From: Paraspadella gotoi
Lineage: Eukaryota; Animalia; Chaetognatha
DNA: 64,000 bases
Direction of reading: 5' to 3'
NCBI GenBank assembly: GCA_051294375.1
Contig: CM119263.1
Span: forward strand, 26,907,247-26,971,246
In this document: one piece after another, positions 1 to 13,491 of the stretch
Layout of the letters: the number at the start of each line of letters is the position of its first letter
Position numbering within the stretch: position 1 is the first letter of the stretch
Notes under the pieces: generated by a model
Told to the model about the DNA's origin: nothing
Databases searched by the model: none
What the model saw: only the letters and a program-made list of their open reading frames with translations
Translations under genes and position numbers: made by a program

Positions 1-817
1 CAGCGCAGTTGGCGTCGACGAATCCGCGTTGAGGCCAACTTATGGCCCTTTTGGCCTCCGATGGCTCGAAGATGGGGACGCATTTGACGCCTTGGGGATT
101 CGGTGATGGAAAAGTGGGGAAGGGAACGAGGGTGGAGAAGGGCGGAGGGGAAGAGGTGAGTCGGAACGAAGAATGGATAGAGGATGAGGCAAGTGACGAA
201 GTGAAAGTCGTGAGGATGAGAAGAGTTTAAACGTGAACAATTCAAGTCTGAGATGAAAAATGTGATGACGGGAGATTTGTTGATAATATCGATAAATAAT
301 ATAGATTATAGAGTGTGAAATGCAGCGGAAAATTTTGAATGAATAAAACGATTATTTTTATTTTTAATGAGGAATTTAAAGATGTTGATGTTGTTTAAAT
401 TTAACCAAAAAAATAATAATCAACGAATTACAAATTTACGTCACGAAATGCTTGTTGTTGTAGTTGTTGTTGTTGTTATTGTTGTTAAGCGGAGAAGAGA
501 CTGACCCGAACCCAACCCGCCGAAGACTTGGAGGGAGACGGCGAGAAGAGCGATGACCACCATGGAGTCCGCAATGTAGCTGAGGAAGGGGTTGGAGGGT
601 GGGAGGGTGGAAGGGTGGTTAAGTGGAGGTGGAAACGAGAGTGGAAAATTGTAATGGTGAAAAACTGTATAATTAGAGCGGATGTGGGATAGTAGGACTT
701 GAATTATTAAATAAAATTATATTATTACCTCGAAAAGAGATCCCACCAAGGGCGAAGCGAGTCAAAGTCTCTCTCCGTTTGAACGCTTTGAAAAGCGCTC
801 GAAGTGTCGAACGACAT
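1..817 (-). CDS. LRRC8: LRRC8/VRAC-like (pannexin-like TM) gene, paralog A; 5' exons only, runs off the window edge
   Basis: Hand-spliced GT-AG exons 817-729, 579-506, 90-1 give MSFDTSSAFQSVQTERDFDSLRPWWDLFSSYIADSMVVIALLAVSLQVFGGLGSGVKCVP...QRGFVDANCA. This matches the LRRC8 N-terminal pattern (LKPWWDVF..Y...M..IA.....Q, conserved Cys, VDAVC). Confidence 0.8.
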
Positions 818-1810
818 TTTATCAGTTTAACGAGTAAAATTTACAAGGAAATTGTTATTTTGTTTATTAGCTTTTCTTGGTCAACTTTGTCATGTCTGGA
901 GCAAAGCGGAAAAAAAAAGTTTATATAAACGAATATTGATCATAAATGAAGCGGGAATAGTAAAAAAGTTTTCGGCACATTACGCATTATAACTTTTGAG
1001 TATTTCGTCAAGGCAACTAGTAATGGTTATCTATTTACAATTAGTCACATTTGCTTCGTTAAAAACTATTATAAAACTAATATTTGTAATTGTTTATAAT
1101 TGTTTATATTTTATGTCGTTTTCTGTTTCGTTTCGTCGTCGATCGTCGCATTTTCGTCCTTAAATTCCTCATTTGGTTTCGTCGCGCGAAGGCGAAGGCG
1201 AAGAGATTCCGATTGATCGCTATCTTGATTTCTATCCACCTGATGAAAGTGAATATAGGTTTTTTTTGAGTCGATATCAAAACTCGAGGTTTGATTTTTC
1301 ACACCCAATTTTCCGTTGAATATATATTAACTGGGTGATTTATTAGTAGTTAATTATGACCGATATAATTTTTTTAGATAATGCGTTTGCTAGAAATCAT
1401 ATCGCAGATAAATATCTGATTCTGTAGCTTTAAGCATAATCAATTCAAACTACAGCTCTACGCCATGGCTTACCGATTTGTTTTTGTTTTTTTTCTCATG
1501 TTAGTAATTAATAGCGATTAATGATTATGACTGAAAATGAAAAAAAATTAACGTTCTTTTAATATGTTCAGCACAGGCATTGAGACATACCAACAAAAGC
1601 ACGCGGACTAAATGCCTAAAACTTACTGCAAAGACGATTATAATTAATTGGGTGCGGAGAATTTCGAGTAATTTGCGGCAACTTGCGGCAAAAGAGTGCA
1701 AAATAAGTGAGAAAACAGCAAGAAGAGTCTCTACTGATCATCCTCGGACCCCAACAAATAAAAAGCGCCACGCCCACGAATGGACCCGGGTCGGAGGCTC
1801 AAAAAGCGCG

Positions 1811-2472
1811 TCATACGTTGCCGTCGTCGTCGTTGCTGAGTCGGCCGACCCTCTCGAACATGTTGGGATGGAGGTCGGAACTCCGGAAGGTCTTGGCGAC
1901 CCCCGCGGAGATCCCCGCCATCATCCGAGCGTCGACGCGGACTTCCTTCAGAGACGCCAGAGTCAACGCCGCCTCGTTCAGCGCCTCAAGAGGATTCCCG
2001 TCGATCCAGAGACACTTGAGGTTCAGGAGACGCCGGATCTCAACGGGGATGTCGACGATCTCGTTGTCGGAGACGTCGAGGAAGTTAAGATCCTCCAAAT
2101 GGACTAGGGGTTGGAGAGAGACGACCCCGCATCGACTGCACTTGAGGGTCTTGAGGTGACGAAGGCTGGAGAGCGGAGACAGGTCGTCCAGATTCTTGTT
2201 GAAGGACAAATCGAGCTCGACCAGGTGGTCACCGCCGATCTGGGTCAGCGCGAGAGAGTTTGGCAGGCAAAGGAGGTCTTGGTCAGCCAGGGAGAGGGTC
2301 TTCTCGCCGGCGTGCTCGCCTTGCTTCAGGCGATCTTTCAGTGCGGAGAGCGGCCAGCTGGAGGGAAGGAAGGAGGGTTAGAAAAACAACTTAAAATTAT
2401 AAGGTCTCGGTTTTTAAACAAATATTTGCATTTCATTTCTGTTAATTTTTATTTGCATATTTGTTATCTTTC

Positions 2473-2515
<43 letters not shown>

Positions 2516-5359
2516 TGATTGATTTGATTGATTTGATTGATTTGAATGATTTGATTGATTTATTTATAAAAAATAATTAATTAATTAATTAATTAATTAA
2601 TTAATTAATTAATTAATTATTTTTTATAAATAATATTTTAAATTTTTTATTTATTTCTTTCATTATTTCTGTCCGCCCTTTCTCTGTCCCTTCAACCTCC
2701 TTCTTTTCTTTTATTTCCTTTCCTTTTTTTTCTCCACCCCAACCAACCCTCACCGCTGATTAGTGACCAACGCCTCCAACTCCTCGTGGAATCCCGGATC
2801 CATAAAGTGGCAAAAGTTCTCGGCGATGTCCTTGTCCGTTTCCCTCAACAAATACAACATAAATCCGGTGTCGCTCCCTTTTTTCCGGCGAATGTTGCCG
2901 GAAAGAAAAGTAACTTGCTCATCTTTCCGGAGAAGCGGCAGGTCGTTTCCGGCCGGGGCTCCGGCGCCGAGAGTGACAACGTCGTCGAATACGTCGTCGT
3001 CGGTCGATTTCGTTTTTTTCGTCGTCGTCGTCGTCGTTTTTTCACATCCGCAGCAGTTGAGCATGACGCGACACCAGCCGAGTATTCCGTAGATGTCGGC
3101 GATGGCGAAGATGCCCACCTGGTGGTGGGATGAGGTAAAGCGAAATAAAGATTACGAAAAAAAACAAGCGAAAAATACTACTTCACTAACCAAATCAAAA
3201 TGATTCTCAGAAGAAAATTGCTGTTTAATGAATATCGAACTTGAAGCAACCAAAATCCTCTCGAACCGACTCTTTATATGCAAAGTACTAAACCCCAGTG
3301 GTCGAAAAGACCCGATCGGCCGCTGTTCCCGCATTAAAGTATTAAAGCAAGGACAAATAGGCAAATAGGCAAATAGGCAACCAGGCACTCTTGGTACTTC
3401 TTTACTATCAGTGGCTGCGCGAAGGAGCTTCCTTCTTCGTTTTTTTTTCCTCACTCTATAAAATATACTGGTTGTAACAATTTCATAATGAAAACAAAAA
3501 TGTAAATAAAATTAAGAAGAAAAACAAAAGGAATCCCGACCTCGATCAAAAATACGATCTGCAGCCACTTGGACAAGGTCGTCGTCTTGTTGACGCAGAC
3601 GTAATCCTCGGCGTCGAGGAGGTGATCATGGGACGCCGCCGGTAGATGGCAGGCGAAGAAGAAGTCGAAGTCCGACGCCGCCAAGTGCGCCACGCCCAAG
3701 ATGAACACGCCCACAACGAGGCAGAGAGACGCGAAGGATTTAATGTAGTAGGTGACGGATGAGTGAACGGACGTCTCGAGGAGGTTGGACATGGAGACCA
3801 CCTTGGATGTTGGGTGGTTGGGTGAGAGAGAGAGAGAAAGAAAGGGAATAATAGAGTAAAAAAATTAATAATAAGAAGTAAAGAAGTAAAGAATTAGAAA
3901 AAATATAAATGAGAGAAAAAACTAACGCAAATGTTCCGTTTTTGTGATTCTCATTTTTATCACAATCACCTCCTCACAAAGCGTCATCGCCTGTTCCGCT
4001 TCTTTCACGTCCATCTTCTCCTTCAACGATAACGCCTGTTATATTGAAAAGCGATCTCACAATAAGACTTTGTCAAATTGATAACATTCACAACGACAAT
4101 GTCCGTCTCACCTCGATCACGTGCTCCGATTTGGGTTCCTCTGGTTCTCCCCATCCTCTGCTCAATTTGCACTCACGACCCGATTTCCTCTCGTCCATGT
4201 ATTCCATCAGCTTCTTGACGTTTTTCCTGCGCACGGGCGTCTTGCTGCAACGTTCCACCAGATTGCCAAAGTCTTGGATCTGATCTCGGCAAACGCCCGT
4301 CCAAAGGTTGTTGACTATGACGAAGAGGATGACCTTAGGGGGGGAGAGTGGAAGGGGGAGTATATAGAGAAGAGAAGAAAAGAGAAGAAAAGAAAAGAAA
4401 AGAAAAGAAAAGAAAAGAAAAGAAAAGTAAAATAAAATAAAATACTGAGACTCTAGTCAAAATTTGTACCCCCATAAATCCATTCCTCACCTGAAAGAAT
4501 AAAAAGTAAGGAAAGTACTTTGCGTAAAGTGGCCATTGTTCGGTGCACTCTTGATTGACGAAATACATTTGCGGAGGATTGTAATCAATGGTCTTGTTGG
4601 CGGCGACGCATTGGAGGGCACCAGAACCTGAAAATTTAATTTGGGTCTAAAACTAAGGTGTTGCTTATAATATCAAAATCATTCTAATTCTCTCATTCCG
4701 TTTGTCTGTACCAGAGAATATAATAGAAATCTGATAATATTTTTGGAGATTCTCTACCGATGTATTTTGTTGATATAAAAGATTATAGATCTTTAAAATA
4801 TTTTTATAACGTCACAAATATGATTAATAAATGTGTCTCGGTATATTCACACCGCTTCACGTCCACCATCATTAGCATTCCATTGGCTCAGGGGAAACAC
4901 ACCATCCCAGGCGTTGTGTTCCATCCCACGACTTCCCTCTGCCTTGGCAAAGCGATACCGTCCTCGGGGTAACCGCGCCAATGACTGGAGGCGTCACTGA
5001 GGGTCGGACGCTCGCGAAGCAAGAGTGAGATGCCCCATCCAAATGGGCATCGTGGGCATACAAGTATCATTAAAAAAATTACATGGATTTGCAGGGAAAA
5101 GCCGGTTTGCATTATGAACGTCTTTAAACACTAGATTTTCATGAATACCCATCGCATTATGCATAATGCAAATTATATTCTGGATTAAACTAGAAACGCC
5201 ATTTTTCTAACCTTGAAAAAGATCTGCTGTGACGGAAGTGACGGATAACAACATCATGGCGTCGATGGAAAACTGTTCGACGACTTCCCACCAAGGTTTG
5301 ATGAAGTGGACAGAGTCGCCGACTTGGATCAACGACAACGCCTTCTTCATGTACGCCAT
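1811..5359 (-). CDS. LRRC8: LRRC8/VRAC-like protein, paralog B (7 exons, ~581 aa; pannexin-like TM region plus short C-terminal LRR domain)
   Basis: Phase-consistent exons 5359-5212, 4627-4491, 4333-4112, 4035-3970, 3801-3541, 3118-2754, 2357-1811. Motifs IKPWWEVV, QMYFVNQEC..LYAKYFPYFL, MDVKEAEQAMTLCEE, DTGFMLYLL..D.DIAENF and NQRWPLSALKDRL parallel LRRC8 hallmarks; the last exon has LxxLxLxxN repeats. Confidence 0.88.
4839..5051 (-). repeat. Dispersed ~220-250 bp GC-rich repeat, copy 1 (in LRRC8-like intron 1)
   Basis: Reverse complement aligns to 9022-9271 and 33991-34213 (shared ccgaccctcagtgacg, gcggttaccc, gcggtgtgaatataccg). Confidence 0.85.
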
Positions 5360-7169
5360 TGTGATGTCGTCAGCTGCCGCTTTAGCTAACGGGGAATGTG
5401 GTTGCCTTCAGCTTTTCAAAACTCTTAAGTAAGTTCGATCAAGTTTAAGTCGGGTAAGTTCTGTGTTTTTCTATTCGCTGAAAATAAGTCGTCGGACCAG
5501 TTTTTCTCATTTCGGACGAATTTAAAGAGAAAACTGGTTAAATTCGGAGCTTTTATTGACTGAATAAATTGTTAAGTAAAAAAAAAACTGTGACGATTAA
5601 CAGACTAAAGTTTTTTATATTATTAATTTATGATTTTATATGATAAATACTTCGAACGAAAAAACTTGGGTGGATTGTTTCACTTCAGCGAAAAAAAATT
5701 TTTTGATTCCAAAAAAAAAAATTCAGAATCACGAAACGATGGTGGGATTGTAGAAATGATAGAATTCAATCGAGGAAAAGTAATAAGTATAAAGGTAATA
5801 AGTTAAAATAAGAAATATTTACTTTCGTTCAGACTATAGTTTTCGTAATTTTATCCTTCTTCTGCCGGCGAGTTTCGATTGGAACCCGCATTGCGTTTGT
5901 TAGAAAATCGAAACTGCCCAGATCGCTTCTGTGGGCGAAGCATTTTAGATATCGACTTTTCAATTTTTTTTTAAATTCCCACTCGGAGAAAACTCTTGCA
6001 TAAAAAAATATTTTGGCCGGTCGCATCGGTTGCCTAATTTAATGTAATATACCGCTCTACGTTGGTCGTTGTGAACTTTTTGCGAAAGAGTGAGATAGAG
6101 AGAGAGAGAGAGAGAGAGAGTTTCGTGTCTGATCATCGTGGTTCGATCGAGTTGGAGCAAGAAAAAGCTTTATTTTGTAAGAACCTGGAAGTTGGATGAT
6201 TCATGTCGAATCTAAAGTTAACAACACGAACATTGAACGTTAAACTCTCCAAAAAAATTAAACTCCAGAAATGTTTGCACAAAAAAGTTCTTTTTATAAA
6301 CTTTCGGTTTGTAATCGTTAAAAAAACTTTTAAAGTAAACATAGATTAACTCTGTTTATTCAAGTAATTTTTTTTTATGACATTTCAAATTTTCAAATTT
6401 GAAATAAAAAAAAAACCAGCTGGTCGCCGTTGAAGTTCCGCGCATAAAATCCAAACCAGAATTCGGGTCTTTCGTGCGCGAATCTCTGGCGACAAATTTG
6501 AGGCAGGTTTGGACGAATCGGGTAGGGACGACGACGACGACGACGACGACGTCGATGACGACGACAACAACGACGACAATTTTTTTCAACTTCCTAATAA
6601 GAGAAACAGGAAAAGTTATCTAAACGTTAATTTTCTGCAACGTCTTCCGTTCTTTTTTTTTTTACTTTATTTGACATTTTTTTGCATTTTTAGTTGTTAT
6701 TAGTTAATAAATTTTGTTTTCTTTGTTTGTTTAATTTTTTGCTTGGTTTTGTTTGTTTCTTTTGTGATTGTTGTTATTTAGTTTTGTTTCTTGATTTTTT
6801 TTCCCTTTCCTTTCAATTTCTTTCCCTAACAAAACTAAAATTAAAACAAAACAACAAAATAAATCGAACTATTCTGAGTGGAATTTTGAGAGGATAAAAA
6901 ACTAATTTCATTTAACTGTTATATTTGATACAATTCAATCTCAAAAATGAAATCACAGACAGGAGTCAATAAGACAATAATTTCGAGGCAATCAATCTTA
7001 AAAATCGTATCAATCAAAAGAAACTACGGGAATAAAATTAAAACAACAAAGAGGAAAAGAGCGAACGGAAATAAAAAAGCGCTCGTTGGCAAAAATTCGA
7101 AAGAGCGTTACAACCGAAGTGTGACTTTTTCACAATTAAGCAGTGAAACAGCAACGGAGTGATTTTTCT

Positions 7170-9725
7170 TCACACTTCCACCGCCGAGCAGCACTCCTCA
7201 ACTTCCTCCGCGATCCGTAATATCGTCAACACGTGTCCTTTGTGACTCTCTGCGTCGGCAATGGCTTCGGCTGCGTCGGCAGCAGCAGCGACATAGTCTC
7301 TAGCATAGTCTCTCGCATCGGCAAAGTCTCTAGCGGCTTCGACGCGACGAGCGAAGAGTTTGAGGTCGTGAAGCCACCAATCCTCGTAGCGCCACTCGGG
7401 AAGTTTCAAGACGTTGCCGTATTGCATTTTGAAGACGACCTGCGATGAAAAAGAAGGGGCTTGATTATGAGCGGTATTATTAGTAGTAAAGTTTATATAT
7501 ATTCTTCGGCAAAATTTTTTTTTTTCTCTTTTAAAACTAAATTTTTAGTCGACTTCAATTTCATAGCAATGGAGAAAATGCCCTCTTGAATTTAAAAAAA
7601 AAATCATTTCTCATTTATTTTCTAATCTTTCTGATATATAATAAAGTATGTACGTCGTTTCTGTTAAGTACTGGATTTTTATTTTCTTGACATATTTTGG
7701 ATTCAAGAACTTCTCACCTAATCCGTCGTGTGTTGGAAAAAAATACATTATAAAAAGAAATAAAACGCTTTTTTCCCAAATTTAGGATGCAGTGTATTTA
7801 ACTTTGTTAAAACAATTAATGAGAACCTTTATATATGTTTTTTTTTAGTTATTTTGTATGAAATTGGGTTTAACCTGTTTTCTCGGCGTCAAGGAGTCAC
7901 TTTGTTCTTCGATCCAAGTGATTTCGCTGCCTTCAGATGTCGCAAGACGAACTATCAACCTAAGAGTAAAAGATAAGTCAACAAAAGAACAGTCGACTCT
8001 GTTTACTAAAATACCTACCTCAAGTGGGTCCCGTCGTCTGAATCGTATTCAAGTTGCGCGCTGGTGACTGTCAAAGGACCGAATAGGTGCACCAGCCAGC
8101 TTAGACGAGAGATACCTGGAGTAATTACGTAATTAAGTTGAATATAGAAAAAATATAGGTAACGCGCATATCATTTAATGCAAACCATATCATACAACTA
8201 TCAAGTCGCCGTTCAGTGTTCACCCTGAAAAGAGAGGAAAACCCATGGAGTCCATGTCTCCCGAGACTTCGCGCCATGTAGAGCAGACCACTTGGAGTGG
8301 ACCCATCGACGCAACTCCGCTTTCAGACTCTTGAACTGCGTTGAGAGAAGCTCGATTTGGGACACGTAGAGCGTCACTCCTGTAGGAGCAGGGAGGGTGA
8401 AGTGGCGCGGGTGGAGCGAGGAGTTAGTGGATTGAAAATAGTCAGGAATGTTGTAGTAGAATTAATAGGATTATTGAATGAATTTATGGATGGATGGGTG
8501 GTCGGATTGTTGGATAGATGAATGAATTATGATTGGATGAATTGATTGAATTAATGAATGAAGGAATAAGAGAGAGAATAGACGAGGAGATTGATTGATG
8601 GATGGATTAAAAGATGGTTTGAAGGATGAATCAATCTATGTATGGTTGAATGGAAAGATGAAATGACGGACGGATGGATAAATGGATGGACGGCCAAACG
8701 TCTCGCCTTTTTCCTCGGCGAGCGCGTAGAGGCTTTCCGCTTCTGCGACGGAGAGAGCGAGGGGATACTCGACCAACACGTGTTTCTTCGCCTTCAAGAA
8801 TCGACGGACGAGTTGAGCGTGATTGGCAGATTCTGACATCGACCAGGCAATCAAGCAATTCGAAAGTGATTACGTTAAAGACTTTAGTCGGTTCTTTTTT
8901 TTTTTTAAACTTTATTCAATCAAATATTTAATCGAAAAGTCTTTCTAAGAATTATTAATTTAATTATTGAATTACAATCAGTCAGTCAAAAAAGTTCTCG
9001 GCAAAATAAATTGGGTATTATGGCAACAGCCGGGTTGCCTGTGATGCCCATTCGGATGGGCATCACACCCGTTGGCTTTGGGGGCTTCCGACCCTCAGTG
9101 ACGCATCCAGTCACTGGCGCGGTTACCCTAGGACGGTCTCGCTTTGCCAACGCAGAGGGAAGTCGTTAGGACTGTGGATGGGACACTACACTGGGATGGT
9201 GTGTTCCCCCTCTGAGCCAATGGATTTGGCTGAAGGATGACGGACGTGAGGCGGTGTGAATATACCGCCACAGTATAATGAAAAAAAAGCTTGAACTCAA
9301 ATACATCGTCAATCAATGAAAGAGTGGACCGGAACCCTCACCCGTGGAAATGACGACTGCGTCGGTGTGATCGGCCCGTTCCACTTCCTCCAGTGAAAAC
9401 TGATCGATGCTCTCGTAGTCGGTTTGGCTTCTTCGGGACACGATTCCTTATGTACATTTATTATATTGTTTTCCCGCTCGTTAGCAAATAATTATAAAAG
9501 TCTTTTTATATAGATTCAAAGCTATATAGATTTTGCTCATCTCACTAACTCACCGGAAAGTTCGAATCCCCTCTCTTCCGCCTCGTCCGACAAGATCGCC
9601 TCCAGCCTCGAATGTCCGGCGGAACCTAGACCAATCACCGCGAAGAACAACCGACCAATTAGATTTGACGAGGAGACGTCGGATAACTCAACGTTCGAGA
9701 CGTGGTTCTCATTAACTCGAGACAT
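7170..9725 (-). CDS. BLVRA: Biliverdin reductase A-like oxidoreductase (Gfo/Idh/MocA fold), multi-exon
   Basis: Exon translations FAVIGLGSAGHSR (Rossmann), IVSRR, ESANHAQLVRRFLKAKKHVLVEYPLALSVAEAESLYALAEEKG and GFPLFSG match BLVRA motifs (GKHVLVEYP, GFPAFSG). Middle exon boundaries are approximate. Confidence 0.85.
9022..9271 (+). repeat. Dispersed GC-rich repeat, copy 2 (BLVRA-like intron), with terminal hairpins
   Basis: Homologous to copies 1 and 3; hairpins ggcaac..gttgcc, tgtgatgcccat-tcgg-atgggcatcaca and ggcggt..accgcc. Confidence 0.85.
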
Positions 9726-10267
9726 GATTCTAATTCTTTCTATTTTTTTTTTTTGGCATAAGAAATTTTCGCGAAAGAGTTGGTTCGAAATATTGTTATG
9801 ACGGTCCCTATTATTTTTGTGGTCGTTTCGTTTGAGTATTGTTTTTCGTTTGAGTTTTTTTTTTTCCGCGTCACGAAATTAATTCCATTTAATTCGATTA
9901 GTCTGATTCAAAGATTTACAATGTTATTTCTCGCATTGTCTTCGTCGCTTTCGCTTCGTCCGTAACACAAGCCCAAAAAGCAATTGACTTTTGTCATACT
10001 TTGATATTAATCGCGACCAATGAGGGTTTATCTTATCTCACTTTTCGATGCAGTTTCACGATTTATAAGCGACGAAGTTCGTGAAAACATGTTTCTTGAT
10101 TCACTTCAAAATTCTTTCACAAAACAGTTTGAAATCACGTTGACGATTGCACCGGCAGAGTTCCGTGAAGTTTATTTCATTATTTATGTATTTTTGTTAT
10201 CTTTAAAATGGGAAGTGAGCTTTCACTGTCACAACTTAAATTACTCCGAAGAGCTTAGACGAAAGTC

Positions 10268-10298
10268 AGAGAGAGAGAGAGAGGAGAGAGAGAGGAGG

Positions 10299-10370
<72 letters not shown>
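10268..10370. repeat. (AG)n microsatellite
   Basis: Direct reading. Similar tracts at ~10805-10897, 12028-12063, 24255-24337, 24934-25041, 28600-28646 and 63812-63897. Confidence 0.95.
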
Positions 10371-10376
<6 letters not shown>

Positions 10377-10803
10377 TTAATGAATGAATGAATGTATGTG
10401 TCATATCACGTAATTTTTTACTCATGGCCTAGAAATTGCAGAGTCACGTTGAAAGGTACGGTTACAGTAGCCATTTTTTTAAAAAAATTAACAATATTTT
10501 TTTCGCTTTATTTGCCAATAAAAAAGCTTGTGTTGTTATCGTAAATAAGGCGAAAATAAATGTGATCGATGAAATTACTATTTTCCGTGGCAACATTCAG
10601 ATATTTATTGAAATATAATTAAATAATTACTTGTATCGACACGCAAACACAAAATTGTAACGAAGAAAAAACATTTTTCCCGGAGCAGAAATCTTTTTAA
10701 TCATCGCACATTCATTTTTTCCTTGTTTTTGTCGATTTCTTTTTTTTTTTTGTGTGTGTAATAATTTTTATTTCACCGCGGAAAGATCGATGCGGGGCGA
10801 AGC

Positions 10804-10900
<97 letters not shown>

Positions 10901-12025
10901 AAAGAAAGAAGGAAATCACAGTTGCAACTGAAAAAGAAAGTTTAAGTAGTTCTCCAGAGATCACTGGGGTAAGGGCGAAGAAGGGGCAGAGGGAGAAAGA
11001 GAGGGAGAGGGAGAGGAAGGGGAAGAGGAAAAGAAGAAGTGCGAAGAGAAAATGAAATAAATAATAATTAATAATTAGTTAAAAAAAGAGCCGAAAAAGA
11101 GAATAAGAATAAGTATAACAGATAGGAGAAAAGAGAGTAGAATACAAAGAGGAGAAAGAGTAGAAGGAGAAGAGGTAGGAGAAGAGGAAGACGCTAGAGG
11201 ACAAGTGATAGAGGATGAGGGAGAGTTCAGAGGAGTAGAGGGAGGAGAGGAAGGAGAGTACAGAGAAGTAGAGGGAGGAGAAGATCGAAAATTGAAAAAG
11301 GACGAAAACGAAAAATCAAAGAGAAGCAAATATTTCTTCAGCTCGAGAAAAGTAACCTTCGCGCTTTATCAAGTGGTTATATATAAGTACTTTTCTGTCA
11401 AACCAATTTTCTAATAAAACGTATTAAAATGTAATAAAATTTTTTTTTAAAGGAATCAACCGAGTAAAGTATTATATTTTTTAACCTTTTGTGGAATTCA
11501 ATTATAAGTTAAACTTAAGATTCAAATTAAATTCTTTTACACGAAGGAATACGCCTCTTCTCAAAAATATATTTAGTCATAAAGGAGACATGATTCGACG
11601 AAAAAATCCCGAGTTCGAATCCCACGAATATCGGTTCTTTTATTATGAGTTTGACGATCCTAAATTTACGGGAAGCCAGGAGGCCTTCGTCAGAGGACCT
11701 AAATATTTATCGAGGACTCTTTAAGAAGAGATTTGGCGTGACGATGGCCTCTTGTAAGGACCTCGCATTCCATCTTGACTCACAAACGGAAATGATGACA
11801 ATGTGACGATCACGATGATAACTTAGCAATGTGATGTGTCGATCGGATTTACGCTCAAGATCCTCTTGTGAGAAGTGACTCTTTCTTTGAAGGAATCTCG
11901 TGACGAGAAGGGATTACCCGAATAAAAAACTGTTCTTTCAAAAATAGGACGTTTCTTAGTCCTAGAAACTTGTGTTGCAACTGCGTTAGGGCCCAACCCC
12001 TCTTTACTTAGAAAATTCTCGTGAG

Positions 12026-12068
<43 letters not shown>

Positions 12069-12394
12069 GCCCGTAGGACCTCTTAAGTCTCAAGAATGGC
12101 CTCTTTGAGTTCAAATTGTTCAAAATAAAAAACGGTTCAATTGATGGGAACAGGAAGTAGATTCATTTTAATAAAAAGCGCCAATCTTTGTATTTAAAAA
12201 ACAAACAAAAAATATATTTAGAAGAAAAAAAATTAACAAAATATAATTTAAAAAAAAATCTTATTCATACGAGAAAGTAAAAATTCAACCAGTGGTGCAC
12301 CAATACATGTAAATCGCTTTTAAGGGCTTAAACTGAACTGTTACTGCGGCACTAATAATATTTTTTTAATTTGCATCATTCTCTTTTCTTTTTA

Positions 12395-12600
12395 CTTGTA
12401 TTTTAACTTGTATCATTTTTTAAACTTCTTTATTTTTTTATCTTTATTATTTTTCCAGCTTGCATCATTTTTTTAACTTGCATCATTTTTTCAACTTACA
12501 TCGTTTTTTCATCTTGCATCATTTTTCAACTTGCATCATTTTTTCAACTCGCAACATTTTTTCAACTTGCATCCTTTTTTTGACTTGCATATTTTTTTTC
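12395..12600. repeat. Degenerate ~20-bp tandem repeat (aacttgcatcatttttt)
   Basis: Unit recurs about 9-10 times with variation. Confidence 0.8.
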
Positions 12601-13048
12601 TAATTCAATTTGCATTAAAGCGATTTACAATAATAGACGATTCTATCAAAGACTAAGAGGATATAAACGAGAGAGTCGATCTCTGTTATTTTTTTTTTTT
12701 TTTTATGGTTTGTTTTGTTCTATTTGCAAATTGAATCGAAAAGAAAAGATTGTTTACGTTGTTTTACAGATGTTTAACAGTTGAGCAGATTAGACTTTAG
12801 AGGATCTGCCTCTGCAGGTGGTAGAACAGGAAAAGGGCGCGAAATAGAATGATAAATTGATAAACTTTGATCTAGCGTTTTCTAAAAAATCAACTATATT
12901 CTCTCATTGAAAAGTTTGTTTTTATTTTTGACAAAAATAGTAACATAATCTTTTAGATTTTTAATTGCTAAGTTGTCATTAGAATAAAATTTTTCAACGA
13001 TTATGAAGAAAGAAAACATTGTAGGAAGTATAAGCAGAAGAAGAAGTG

Positions 13049-13137
13049 AATTTTCTATTACAGTCTAGCCACAATTTTCTATACATGTATTGTTTTTCAT
13101 TTTTAAAATTATATAGCTGGCTGCTACGTATCAAAGA
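13049..13137 (+). repeat. 89-bp direct repeat, left copy, flanking the LRR-kinase-KEN gene
   Basis: aattttctattacagtctagccac...ctacgtatcaaaga; matches 18375-18463 apart from one substitution. Confidence 0.95.
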
Positions 13138-13491
13138 GAATTTGATAAATGTTGTTCACCAATTTGAGATTATTTTTAAAAAAATTTATTTGAATAAAGA
13201 CAAAATTACAACAACATAAATTTACAAGAAATACAATAATGAGTCTATGAATTAACTATACCTCATCCCACATCAACATGAATACAAACATTTTAACAGG
13301 ATTTTTAAAAAAATTATTAGGTGAAATAAAAAATATTAATCGCTTTTCCATTATACTATATACTAAATATCTGAAAATCATTCATCAAATTAGCTATGAC
13401 AGAATTAATTCTAAATTATGATGCAATAATTTTTGTAATCTATATTATGGAAAAGATAACCAAACAATACCCTATCAAAAAACCAACTCCT

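Noticed and set aside
1580-2485. Plus-strand ORFs of 124-175 aa
   Set aside because: Antisense shadows of the GC-rich LRRC8-like last exon.
11460-12100. Possible small gene or element (77-aa ORF at 11491-11724)
   Set aside because: No recognisable motif, splice pattern or terminal repeats.
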